A stretch of 63,525 nucleotides of DNA, the filler included, from Rhabdomonas costata (lineage: Eukaryota), in assembly GCA_019059605.1 (NCBI GenBank). It is 33 parts of 33 records of this genome, joined end to end, with 100 filler letters (N's around TTAATTAATTAA, not from the genome) between each part and the next. Parts side by side here need not be neighbours in the genome. Positions count along the whole stretch, not along the records: positions 50,133 to 51,957 come from JAHMHO010008510.1; positions 52,058 to 53,884 come from JAHMHO010008511.1; positions 53,985 to 55,811 come from JAHMHO010008512.1; positions 55,912 to 57,742 come from JAHMHO010008513.1; positions 57,843 to 59,675 come from JAHMHO010008514.1; positions 59,776 to 61,602 come from JAHMHO010008515.1; positions 61,703 to 63,525 come from JAHMHO010008516.1; 26 more parts are not named here. One strand, 5' to 3'. The stretch's first letter is position 1. Every line of letters begins with the position of its first letter. A program made the translations under genes and the position numbers. Shown here piece by piece: positions 51,799 to 63,525 of the stretch. Below the pieces are notes generated by a model, which saw nothing but the letters and a program-made list of their open reading frames with translations, searched no databases and was not told where the DNA came from.

Positions 51799-52110
51799 CT
51801 TTTCCGCAGGAAGAAAGAAACAGAAAGAAAGTTCTCAAAAAACCACAGAAGTATTAGGTATGTGAAACTGCACCCACGGAAGGAGTGCGAGGGGGACGGG
51901 TGAGCGGCTCACTTCCGAACCACACAGTACACAGTGCTGGTGCCCGCACACAAAAACNNNNNNNNNNNNNNNNNNNNNNNNNNNNNNNNNNNNNNNNNNN
52001 NTTAATTAATTAANNNNNNNNNNNNNNNNNNNNNNNNNNNNNNNNNNNNNNNNNNNNGGTTGTGTGGCGACCAAGGCGACCAAGGCGAGGTCGTGTGCGC
52101 GGGCGAGTGC

Positions 52111-52857
52111 CTGGTGGAGCATGCTGGAGAGAAGGTTGCGCAGCTCTGAGCTGTAGTGCGAGGGCGGGGGCCGGTAGTCCCCGGTACAGATCTTCACCAT
52201 CAACGCGTGAATGCTCTTCGCCTCGAATGGGTGGGAGAGGGTCATCAGCTGGGGAAGTGCAGGAAATGGGGAATTTCTCGCTCATTGCGCTGCTTGGACG
52301 AGACACACATTCGTAGCAGAAAAAGAAAATTCAGCGCACGACAGAAGCGAGGCACCATTCACAATTGAAAAAGGTTGAGCACGCATCGGAAAGCAGTTGC
52401 CTTCCACGCGTCAGGTGTCACAAGACAAGAAAAAAAAGGTGGGGTTGGGAGGCGGGAGGATTTTGCAAGAGAATGGAAGGCTGGGAGGAGGGTACACCTC
52501 GTACAGAATGCACCCCAGAGACCAGATGTCACTCTTGATGTTGTAGGGACGACCGCTGCAAAGCTCTGCGACGAGACGCGGACAAGGTCGACAACAACAA
52601 CAAGGTCAACAACAGTCACCCTAACCTGAGACAGTCTCCATCAACATGAACCGTTGAGCAACCAATCAAATCAAGCGCACATGGCATTTCAGGAGGCTGG
52701 ATGTTTTCCAAACCAAGGCTCAAGCGAACCCCCACCCCCACCCCTCCATGAGGTGACAGGACAGGTGTGGAGCAAGCGAAGCACAGCCACAACCTGGGGA
52801 GTAGTAGTAAGGCGTTCCGCACATAGTTGCCACAAGAGCAGCGGAGTTGCGGAGAAC
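52111..52857 (-). CDS. NEK: NIMA-related kinase (NEK), partial (3 exons)
   Basis: Exons 52857-52794, 52565-52498 and 52248-52111 read [90 protein letters not shown]. Confidence 0.93.
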
Positions 52858-53703
52858 CTGCGCAAGAAGTTCGGGACACCAGCCATTCCCGTTCCAGGCA
52901 TTGAGATCTTGAGAACCACGGCAACGAGCAGATCCAGGAAAGTGTGGACAATATTCGCCAATAGACACGAAGCGAAATGACCACAATCACCACGTCCCAG
53001 CCACAAGAAAAATATGAACCTCTTCTTCCAGTGGCCGCCTTTGCTCCAGGATCCGTAATAAAGGAAATCAAAAACCAAAGATCAAAAATGTTTCGGTCAT
53101 CAATATCTGCGACACGGCGACGTGAGAAAAAAAAAGGAAAAATGGTGTGGGAAAATCCCAGATCCCGAAAAATCCCCGAAAAGAACGTACACCAACGTAC
53201 ACCTCATCTTCTATATTACCCTTTTCCTAAAGTACTCATGCGTCCGAAACAGCGGGACGCATTTGAAAAGAGTATTCATTCGAACACACAAAAGAACACA
53301 CCACAACAAAAGTCTCCCACAACTTGAAATAATTCCCGTATAAAAAAATTTCGATTTGAAAAACGCGCCTGCAAAAAGAGCAAAAAGTTTCAATCACCCT
53401 TTTCTTCTCTTCAAGGTAATCAACAAATCAAAAAAGAGTAGAAAGAACCCTGATTTCACTAGTCGATTACCGAAAAAAAACTAGTCGATTACCGATTACA
53501 TTCAGTCTTACGTACTAGTCGAACTCCACACAGACCATCTCAAGGATCCCTTACTTCGCTCGAACTGCCGTCCGATCTTTTCTTCGGTTTCACTCTGTTT
53601 TTGTCTTTTGTATCCACCTCTGTCACAGTGGGATCCACCACGGTGAAGAGACCAAAGGTAAACCTTGGTTGTGACGGAGCCGAGAGTGAAGACTGATGTT
53701 TTT

Positions 53704-53740
53704 CCTCTCTCTCTCTCTCTCTCTCTCACTCTCTCTCTCT
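53704..53740 (+). repeat. (CT)n microsatellite
   Basis: Read directly from the sequence. Confidence 0.9.
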
Positions 53741-56700
53741 TTCCCACCAGCATCTGTTCTTTTTGTTGACACGTGTCACCGCCTCTTTGGGCTCGCCGAT
53801 GACGGATCCCAACACCGTCTTGCAGCACATCCTCGCTGCTGTGGAGCAGATCAAGGCTTCCCAGCAGTCCCTCAAGCAGAGACANNNNNNNNNNNNNNNN
53901 NNNNNNNNNNNNNNNNNNNNNNNNNNNNTTAATTAATTAANNNNNNNNNNNNNNNNNNNNNNNNNNNNNNNNNNNNNNNNNNNNGGGTTGTTGGGCGATG
54001 GAGGAGGAGGAGGATGCCGCGGCCTTTTTGGACAAGCTCACCGGGGTTCTACTCAACCAAGCAGCGGGTGCATGTCGAGGAGTGCAAAGAGAACCTTAAA
54101 CAGCCGGTCCTGTCGGACGTGGCCCGACGTCTTCTGGGAGCGGCAGGAGCCCTTGAAGGCGAAAGATGGGCATGCTGGGCAATGGGATGGAACGCGTGGG
54201 GCGATGTGAAAAACCCTGTGTGTTGTAGAGAGCTCGTCAAGATTTAGAAGCTAGAGCCTTTGTTGGTTTCGTGGTCGTCTCTTAGACCGCCCTAGGACAC
54301 GTCCTTCGTCACGTTTGGCCCAGTTGTGTTCTGCGCCCGGATAGTGTTTTTATTCCCCCCCGCCACCCGCAATCGCGTTTGTCACAACCCCGTCCCTACC
54401 ATCGTCTGTGAAAACCTTGGTCACTTTGGTTGATTCAGACGACTTCTGTTTTCCTTGGACGTGTTTTTCTGTGCTTGCTGCAAAGTGGAGAAAATTGTAG
54501 AATTGGGCAAGTTCTCTTAATAAACACTTACAATAATATAATGATAATGATAACACCAACCTGATGGGCAACACTTAAAATTAACTAAATTTGTACAGGG
54601 ACCACTGCTGTGTACAGGGACTTTCCAGCATTTTTGTGAGGTTTGTGAAGGGAGACCCAATTAGGATTCGGTTGTGGTCGGGTGCCAATGCACGTGGATT
54701 GCCTTCCTGTTTTTCTGCCTTTGAGAGATAAACTGAAATGTTGTCGCTAAAAAAGCTTTCCACTCTCCTTTATTAGGAAATATTTGCTGAATTGGGATAA
54801 CGTCGCAGGCTTGACCATGCTTTTTTGGCCCGGTGGTTTCTGGGACTTATATTCGCATCCATTTCCAATCTTTTCACCTCCGTAATTTTGTAGAAACAAA
54901 AACTTTGGAGGCTGCACCTGAGGGCATCACTTAAAGTGCTAAGGGTTGCAAGGCGGTGCAGAGAACCGTCGGTGCCATGAAGGACCACTCCCCACTTCAA
55001 GGAAATGCGGATATTGGAAGGTGCCTGCAAAACCTGCAAAAACGCACTTAACGCACTTTGGCGAGGACGTGAAGAAATTCGACAGCGCCTAAAAGGGCTA
55101 ACGCCCCGAACACCGAGCTTTTGGCTGGGAGTTCACTGAAGTGTACACAACCCGCCCCCAGTTTAGCCGAGTCCGAGCATTTTTTTTCTCTACATTTTTT
55201 TTTAAGAAAAAAGAAAGCAGCGTTAAAAATATTTCAAGGGTTGCAATTCGTTGCTCCCGGGTTTTGTGGGAGGAAAAAGAGGTGTAGTGTTTCTTGGATG
55301 GACTGGTTACTGTTGCACTTAACGATAAGAGCAGGCTGTGTCCTTGTTACTCCAGGACCATCGGAGCTGCCGCTGTGTGTTGCCTTCCATGACTTGCTGG
55401 TACAAATTAAAAACCGACCCCCCCAAAATACCCCTGGCTCTCGGCCAAATTTATGTTAAAGTTCCAATTTGACTCGGTTTAAATACCGTAAAGGTAATAA
55501 TTAATCATGGAAACAATGAGTAATTCAAATGAAGAGGGCGAATAACGGATCAACTAGGCGCGAAGTTCTATTGCTAGAGTTGATTTCTTTGTTATTTGTG
55601 GAGCTTTAGTGCTTTCTAGTGCTATAAAAACAAATGGATTCATTATTCCGGCAGAGACGCAAGCAAGCCGAAGCGCCCTTAAAGGATAACACTGGGGAAA
55701 ACGAAATAGGTTGGAGAAAAAGTATTGACCCAAAAGAAAGCAACTTTCCAATTGTATTAAAGGTCAGCAAATTAGACATCGCACCAGTTTAGCTGTGTTC
55801 GACACACCCACNNNNNNNNNNNNNNNNNNNNNNNNNNNNNNNNNNNNNNNNNNNNTTAATTAATTAANNNNNNNNNNNNNNNNNNNNNNNNNNNNNNNNN
55901 NNNNNNNNNNNGAGCATCGTAACGCAACCGAGGAGGCTGCGCGTTTTGTGATGCAGTGCACTGATTCGGATGTCCAGACTTTTGTCTCTACATGCTATGC
56001 ACCTGTGTTTCCTTGTGGGTGTGAAGTTCTGCGTCATTTACTCCGATGCATTTGCTGTCGGGGCCTGTCGTCTCTGTCCACCCCTCCCTTCCCCTGCCCT
56101 AACACTTTTTCCTGCCAACTCCTCGCTGCCTCGGGGTTTCTCGTTTTCTTCTTCTCTTCTGCTGCTTCCTTCTCAGTTGCGTTTTCCCCTTGCTGTCCGC
56201 TGGTGTCCAAGAATGCATGTCGTTCTTTTTTCTTTGCATTGTAATTTGCTCTTCTTTCTTCTTCTGGTCACTTAAGTGCGGATTCTCTTAGGTTCTCTTT
56301 CACTGTGGGATGCTTGGGTTTATGTCACTGTGTGGTTGTAAGGAGCAAACAGTGAAGTTAGAGTCAAAGACCATTCCCGATTGACGCAGATTGCCCCAGT
56401 TCAAAGTTGCGTGCAAACTGGGGCCTGTTTTTTTCTTCCTCGGTGCCTTCCTTCGCTGGCACTTCCTTCCTTGTACGTCTTCTGTGGAACTAAGGAAGCT
56501 GCCGATCTCGTTTTGTACACTGTGCACATTCTGTTACACGCTCCCCGTTAATACACTGAGTTGGAATTCCAGTGTGTCGTTCCGAACACCTCTAACATTC
56601 ACCACGGTGAATGCACGTGTGTTTCTCGTGTGAAGCGCGCATTGTCATGCTCCGATGCACAGCGTTTTGCTGTCGGAGCTTCTGCTCACATGCCCTGCCC

Positions 56701-57466
56701 CTTCTCTGACTCTCTTTCCCGGTCATCCCAATACTGCGGTGGGTTCCCATCCCCATTTTCGTTTCCCCGATGCGGTCTGCTGGTGCCCTTGGTTTGTCTC
56801 TGGCCCTACTTCTATGGGTCTTTTCTTGGTTTGGCTTTGCCGCACCGGCAGTCGTGCACCGTGCCTTTCCTTCCCCCCTCTCACCCATTTTCCATTCCCT
56901 GCGACTTTTTTTCCCACAGAAACAGAAACTCTCCCCCAAGCTGTTTTCTGAACCCCTCAAACACTTTCTCTCTCTAACCGCTCTTACACCACCCTTCTCT
57001 TTGTTGCACGCCGAAGCACATTTTGTTCGTGAAAGTGGACAGGTTCCGGTGAAAGGTCACGCGGAGAGTTCTCCGCCTTTCCCACACCGGGGTGAATGGC
57101 AAAAAGAAGTGTTCGAAGATAATTGCTCTTTCAATCATGTTTCACTGCATTGTTATTTTGCCCTTTACTGTGCTCCTTAGGTTTTGGTTAGGGTTCCGCT
57201 TTCCGCACACCTTTGTGTCATCCTTCTGCCTAACAGCTTTGTTTTTTCGCTCTGGGTTCGCTCGGAGTATTCACCGTCCTGTCTTCTGAGATGCCGTGGG
57301 TTTTAGACAGCTTCCCTCTCTTTTCCCATCCACCCTTTGTGGCAGAAGTTGCTTCTATGTAAGATTGTAGCGCACGGTGATTTCTCTTTTCCTTCACTGT
57401 TGGTTTGGATTAAGTCACTTGTCACAAAATGGGAACGTGGAATAGGACCCTATCCGCAATTTATCC

Positions 57467-57736
57467 TCAACATCAACATTCAACATTCAACATTCAACAT
57501 CAACATCAACATCAATATCAACATCAACATCAACATCAACATCAACATCAACATCAACATCAACATTCAACATTCAACATTCAACATCAACATCAGCATC
57601 AACATCAGCATCAACATCAGCATCAGCATCAGCATCAGCATCAACATCAACATCGACATCAACATCAACATCAACATCAACATCAACATCAACATCAACA
57701 TCAACATCAACATCAACATCAACATCAACATCAACA
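57467..57736 (+). repeat. (CAACAT)n hexamer microsatellite with CAGCAT and CAACATT variants
   Basis: About 270-nt array running into the contig end. Confidence 0.98.
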
Positions 57737-60725
57737 AAAACANNNNNNNNNNNNNNNNNNNNNNNNNNNNNNNNNNNNNNNNNNNNTTAATTAATTAANN
57801 NNNNNNNNNNNNNNNNNNNNNNNNNNNNNNNNNNNNNNNNNNCGTTCCACTCCCCGGCATAAGCCGGTACGTGTCACTCCGACCGGGCGTAGCCATGCAG
57901 GAATACCCTGGGGTTCGTGAGCGAGTGGAGGCAGCTTATGCTGGGGGAACGAGTGAACCACTGCACTTCTAGGAGGAAGGATACGAACGCAGTGAGCATC
58001 CTGACGACCAGCTATCTACTCCACTCTGTCGGCATGCCCCTCGGTCCCTCGGGTCAGCCTCCCTCTTCAACCCTACCCTCCCTCCACGCCATAAGGCGCT
58101 ACGGTCGGTCATTCTACGCTTACTACACTTGTCACTTCCCTCCACTCCACGCCATAAGGCGCTACGTGTCGGTCCGTCCTTGGCGAGGCCACGCAGAACT
58201 CCCTCCCTTAGACTTACCCTTAGAGTTGGGTTGAAGGTGTAGGGTTAGGTCTAGCGGTAGAATCTGGGTTAGGTATCGGCATCTGAGCATCGTAACACCC
58301 TTAGCCTTAGCGTTACCCTTCATCTTAACGCATCGACCTTGCCTCAGTGTTGGGTTTATGCGTTGGATTAGCGTAGGTTCATTGCTGATACCCTTAACGC
58401 TTGGTCGGTCCCTCACTACACCACCATAGGGATGGTTACGCTCGGTCCCTCCAACCCCAACACCCTGACACTCAGTGCATGGTTCCTCTGATGCGTTTAT
58501 GCTGTGAGTGGGAGTGACTGAGGCATCCATACCATCATGTTGGGTTGTGGCACCCTCCACTATGGCACTTCCACCATCAGGCATCACACCGGTAAGCATC
58601 ATCGCTACCAGGATCAACCATGCCCTGACCACCAGATGGCATAACAGCATCGACACCATCAGCATACCAACATGCTTACCTTATGTGTGGTGTTACTGGG
58701 TTGTTACGCCCACTCCACTCCATGGGTTAGATGCTGATACCACTGTAGGTACCAACACTGCCATGACCACCACCGGATGATAACAGCATGACATACCCTT
58801 ACGCACAGACTAACCCACCTTCTACACGTGGTGCTGATACGTACGGTACGCCAATGCCACTACCACCACATGACATTGAGGTTGGGTACGGGCTGATACA
58901 CACAGGTTACCACACTGTACATCGGCAGCATACCTATGGGTACCGACACCCTACGCCCTACCTCAACACCAGGTACTAACACACACACACATAATAGTAA
59001 TGATAGGGTAACCATGTCCCTACGTTCCTACCATGGCATGTACGCTATGGTGTTGTGTCTCTGGCTGCATGGGGTCATGAACGTGTGACAACCTGTGAGG
59101 TACGTCCATGACTCGCCCCATGCCAACGCGATATCCCCTCAGCACCTGCACTTGACCAACCTGTGGCGTTCATGCATAGCCTTGGTTCCATCGTTACCAG
59201 TGGCCTTCATCCGTGGTTTACCAGCGTGCGTTGCCAGGCGTACCTGATGACCCGTTCAGTCCAGCGCGGTCACCTCAACTTCTCATGCGGAACATATTCT
59301 ACGCATGGTACTGGGGCCTGAGCTGCTGTCTGTGATCTATGCACTCGGATGGTGTATGTGATGTTGGCTTCTCAAGATCTGTCCTCTCGCGGAGGTATGT
59401 GAGACGAAGAACCGCAGCAGAAGGAAGTCATGCACACGGAAGGCACACACACGATGGCTACATGGGTAAGCGACAGAAGCACAGAAGCGCAAGAGGCACA
59501 AAGCGATAGAGACACGAACCCAGACCCGACCCCAGAGACACGAAGACGAACGCCGACTCACCAACGCAACAGAACCCTTGACCACCAGGAGACCACACAA
59601 ACTACTCGAAACCAGCGAAATGGGAAAGTGCCTACTAAATCCGTTCATCACTACGTCACTGGAATAGGCGTTCCANNNNNNNNNNNNNNNNNNNNNNNNN
59701 NNNNNNNNNNNNNNNNNNNTTAATTAATTAANNNNNNNNNNNNNNNNNNNNNNNNNNNNNNNNNNNNNNNNNNNNGGTGATTCCCTCGCACCTCCTTTCA
59801 ATAGCAGACCTTTCTTCTCCGTTGGTTCAGCTTACCTCCCCTGAGTCCCCTGGGCTTTCCAGCACCACGACTACAGCACATTTGAAAGATGAGTGGGCAT
59901 CCAATCGAAGGAACATTTTGAATTGTGCAGTGTAGCAGAGGCTCTAAGTTTGTGTTGTGACGTTGACATGCACCGCACTTTTACTCTGATTCCGGGTCAA
60001 GAAACACTCTTAGAAGGAAGTGGGTCGCCCCTCGAATCACCTGGGAGGTTAATAACATATGCACCCGCACTTTTACTCTGATGCCTGGTTTTCGGCCATT
60101 TTTGATTCCCCTCGACTTCATTGGTGCACCGTCTCCACCATTGGCCTCGGCAGGAACACCAGCACATCTCTGATCATCAGGGTATGGCCGCCCTTTTGCC
60201 CTTGTGTGATGCCAATAATCACTCTTGGAAGGGCATCGCGCTATAATCACCTGTGAGACCAATGATCGTTGCCAGGTACGTCGTCTCCTGAACGCTGAGA
60301 GACCGTTCTTCAGCTCTTCGGAGGGGTAGCACCACAACACCAGTTTTTGGGATGGCGGGGTGGAATGCGTTGTTGTTTGCGTTTGCGGAATGCACGACGA
60401 GCGCATTGCGGAGCGAGGAAGAATGAGCGAAGTCGGTCACACTCTCACAGGTAGGATGAGAATCAGATTTCGTGCGTGAGTTCCACCGTTGTACCAACTA
60501 CCTTGTGCTCGTTTGCATTATCTTTTTCTTTTGTCCAGTGACCTCTTGCTGGCTGCAAAATATTGTATTTTTTGCGTGTAATCCAAGTCATGCCTTGCAC
60601 TATGGGAATTGCTCACACTGGGCTCACCTGGTGAGGATGAGGTGAGGGCAAAGTTTCCGCTATAATGGAATTTTCCACCTCCCACTCCACCTAAACTGCG
60701 TGCCATGGGCTTTGTGCTTTCTCAG

Positions 60726-61062
60726 GTTTCTGCTCGACCTGGTCTCCAACAGCACTCTGCTCGCCAAGGGCGGGCGGGCATTCAGCTATGAGGGATCCAG
60801 CATGCTGCTGACAGGTACCAGCCATGGGGCGTTGCATATCTTCAACACGACCGTGGGAGCCAACACTCGGCTGAAGATCTGGCAGTGCGATGACTCTGTG
60901 GTGGCACGTTCGGGGCAGGCGATCCTTGAGCAGCGTGGCGGCACTTCTGGAGTGTACCAGCCGTACATCACGACGTACATGAAGCTGACGTTCAGCCTGG
61001 ATGGGCAGGACTACGAGCACCTTGGGCAGACGTTGGTTCTTCCGTTCGGGCTGAACTGGGAG
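60726..61062 (+). CDS. Exon of a probable Cache-domain sensor (receptor-type cyclase or kinase ectodomain)
   Basis: CTCAG|G FLLDLVSNSTLLAKGGRAFSYEGSSMLLTGTSHG...FSLDGQDYEHLGQTLVLPFGLNWE|GTATTA. The FL...G-x-AF..., L-x-x-TS and GL-x-W motifs resemble the membrane-proximal dCache module. Confidence 0.6.
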
Positions 61063-62000
61063 GTATTATCTTGCACGAAGCTGTGCATATCTCACAGCAG
61101 TTGCGGTGTGCGGTGTACCATGAGGTTCTGTCGGTGCCGTGTGAAATACTGGATTCTTTTTCACGGTAGCACGGTGGCACTTAATGGTCAACAAAGGTAG
61201 AAAAATGTGAAGTACTTTTGAAGGCGTGAAAAATATGCGTATGTTAAGTATCGGAATGAGTATATCAATGAATTCCAGTGTGTATCAATGAGGAGCTGCA
61301 CAGCGTGGCTGTGCAACTGGCGTAGAGCAATGGAGCAGTTCTGCAGTAATCCTTCTGCGGAGTTGGTGAGTGATAAAGAAGGATTGTAGTAGGGATTGTC
61401 GTAGCGGTATTGTACAGGAGTTAGTGTGAGCAGCGGGATCTCCTGAGGGATGGAATACGTTGCCATGGCTTTGCGCGCTGGAGAAAGCAAAGAGCCGGTA
61501 ACAGTGGGATGTCGGTTTTCTTGAAGCATCCAGATGTATGTCGGTCAGGAATACTGAGAGGTCATGAATTCAACCACCTTGCAGAAGGTCGCAGAGAGAG
61601 AGNNNNNNNNNNNNNNNNNNNNNNNNNNNNNNNNNNNNNNNNNNNNTTAATTAATTAANNNNNNNNNNNNNNNNNNNNNNNNNNNNNNNNNNNNNNNNNN
61701 NNGGTGTGGGTGTATGAAGTGCTTATGTCGATGGGTGGTGGGCTTGGGAAATCCAGTAACGGCGTAGACCGTGGTTTGCGTTTGCAATTCGATACCTTTC
61801 TGTTGTCTTTCCTTAATCGCCGTGGGCGCTCAGATGTAGTGTAATGAGTATATGCAGAATTCGGACCCCGGCAGACTTGCCTGATCGTGGCACCATTTTG
61901 AGTTTGAGATGGGTTGCTTGCCGGTGTCCCTCAATTTAAAGACCTGGAGAGGGTGCATGAGGAACGAGGGGGTTAGGCTGTGGCTGCTTCTGGCCCGCAG

Positions 62001-63118
62001 TGGATGTACCAGCTGCAGGACGCTGACGAGAGTGACCCTTTTAAGGACTACCACGAGGCAATGCGGAATGTCCTGGGAAGGTCTCCCACCACCAGGGAGA
62101 TCGGCCTCCAGCAGCTGAAGGTCTTCTTTTCAGCCAGCTGTGGGGAAAGTTATTTTAGTGAGCTGGTTTTGCTACCTTTGTTTGTTGGTTTTCGTTCATT
62201 TCAGGAGTGTTTGTGTAACAGCAATAACGATGGCGATAACGATAGCGATAACGCACGTTTCGCTGCTCTACTTTCAGACCTGTGAGCGCTGCCCTTGAGC
62301 TCTATGAATCGTGGTACCTTTCCATGAGAGCTGATCGGAGGTGGTGTTTCTCCGTCCGTTTAACAACGTGAATCACTCAACGTGCGTATTTAGTGCACCT
62401 TCCAGACCGCGGCCCAAGCTGGCGGCTTAGGCGGGGACGTTATCTTGGGGTACTACAGGAGGTTTCGTGCCACGCACATAAAAAGAGACGCATATGTGGA
62501 GATTCCCACGAACCTGTTTGTACCTCACCGTTTGACAACGTTAAGTCGTCCACTAACGTTGGCCACTCGTTGACAACCGACGGGTCCGCATTTTTTTTTG
62601 GGGGGGGGGTGTTAAACGGGTTTTCACGGCGTTAAGCAGTGAGGTACAACACTATGTTGGCACCGAAAATCCCCTTCAGATGTGTTGTTTTTGGTGCTCA
62701 TGACTTCGAAAACTCCCACTACCCTGAGGCAAAGTCCCTGACTCAGCTGCGCTGTGGACTGGCCTTCGCCGCCAACTCTGTCCCTTTAACCTGGCAACCA
62801 TTCATTGCCCTTCCCCGAATTCACCGAAGTGCGTCCCCTAACAGACCAGAAATACCCAGGAAAGGTACCCCAACACAAAAATTTTTAGTCCGCTAACTCA
62901 CCCTTCAACAGGGATAAACTGTTAACAACGTATCATCCTGCAGTTTTCGTGAGCTCTTCGGGCTGGGCGTGTGGTGGGTGCGGGTGTAGGAGTACACGCA
63001 GAGCCACCCGATGGACCACCACGCCGCGGAGATGTTGCGACTGGCTCGCTCCGGACCTACTCCTCCGCCCTGGTGCCACGGCTGGAGCCCACCCGCTGCC
63101 CCGAGAGCTCTATCATAG
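62001..63118 (+). CDS. Two terminal exons of unknown protein (possibly the tail after a class III cyclase domain)
   Basis: Exon 62001-62120 reads WMYQLQDADESDPFKDYHEAMRNVLGRSPTTREIGLQQLK|GTCTTC. The exon from 62990 reads EYTQSHPMDHHAAEMLRLARSG...* in phase 0. The family call is weak. Confidence 0.5.
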
Positions 63119-63525
63119 CACCATTGTTTTTAGCACCCATCGTCACGTATCAGCTTTATTTCTGGATATCTCTCTCTTATCCCCTTACGCTCTCCTTTCC
63201 CCTTGCTGCGTGTGTGTGCCAGAAGAATGGCTTCTTTAAGCCTTTCTTTGCCTTCTTCTCTCAGCTTGACTCAGGACAGACCTTGTCCCGGGCGCCATGT
63301 CGTGGACGCATTTTTTCACTTCACGGCAGTTTCGGTCTGCGGATTCGGGTGCGTTTGAACGATTGATGGATTTTCTGGCCGGAGTCTGGCTGACCGCGAG
63401 AATGCCGGGGAGGTGTCCGCCAGTGCTGATGCACCTCTGATGCACTACGTACAGAGAAAAAGGAAGAAGGGGTGTTGTGCGTTCAAGAGTGCATGTGTGG
63501 CGAAAAACTGAAAAGCACTGAACAT

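Noticed and set aside
57337..57798. Poly-IN and poly-QH proteins
   Set aside because: These are translations of the (CAACAT)n microsatellite.
58447..58458. Kinetoplast minicircle CSB-3 (GGGGTTGGTGTA)
   Set aside because: The minus strand reads GGGGTTGGAGGG, only a partial match, and no CSB-1/2 was seen.
59244..59321. C/D box snoRNA (TGATGA ... CTGA)
   Set aside because: There is no terminal stem and no rRNA-complementary guide that I could recognise.
61188..61529. LINE-like C-terminal ORF
   Set aside because: No RT, endonuclease or CCHC motif is visible, so the call is unsupported.
1..63525. rRNA, tRNA, spliced-leader RNA, CRISPR arrays, prokaryotic operons
   Set aside because: None was recognised by eye. 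Covariance-model scans (tRNAscan-SE, Infernal) would be needed to exclude divergent RNAs.

Overview
This window is not one locus. It is a pseudo-scaffold of 33 unrelated contigs of about 1.83 kb each, joined by 32 artificial 100-nt linkers (44 N + TTAATTAATTAA + 44 N), so adjacency between contigs has no biological meaning. Most contigs come from an intron-rich eukaryote with short GC-rich exons, GT-AG introns with GTGYG-like (not GTAAG) donors, and a few probable GC donors. That pattern suggests a euglenid-like protist, but this is inference. Gene fragments rebuilt by manual splicing: Tousled-like kinase, NEK kinase, a further Ser/Thr kinase, ABCG/PDR transporter, ankyrin, OPR/RAP-type and GCC2/GCC3 repeat proteins, a complete PNPOx-like FMN-binding protein, a hemerythrin domain, an R-S-E mono-ADP-ribosyltransferase, a GH3 Fn3-like domain and a Cache-like sensor exon. 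One contig is a plant-type Ty3/Gypsy Tat pol fragment (aRH + integrase) with a frameshift. Two contigs (17360-19188, 57843-59675) are compositional outliers. Hairpins, tandem duplications and microsatellites cluster at contig ends. I found no clear novel multi-gene system. The best leads are the ART, the hemerythrin, the one-exon-per-repeat genes and the odd contig 57843-59675.
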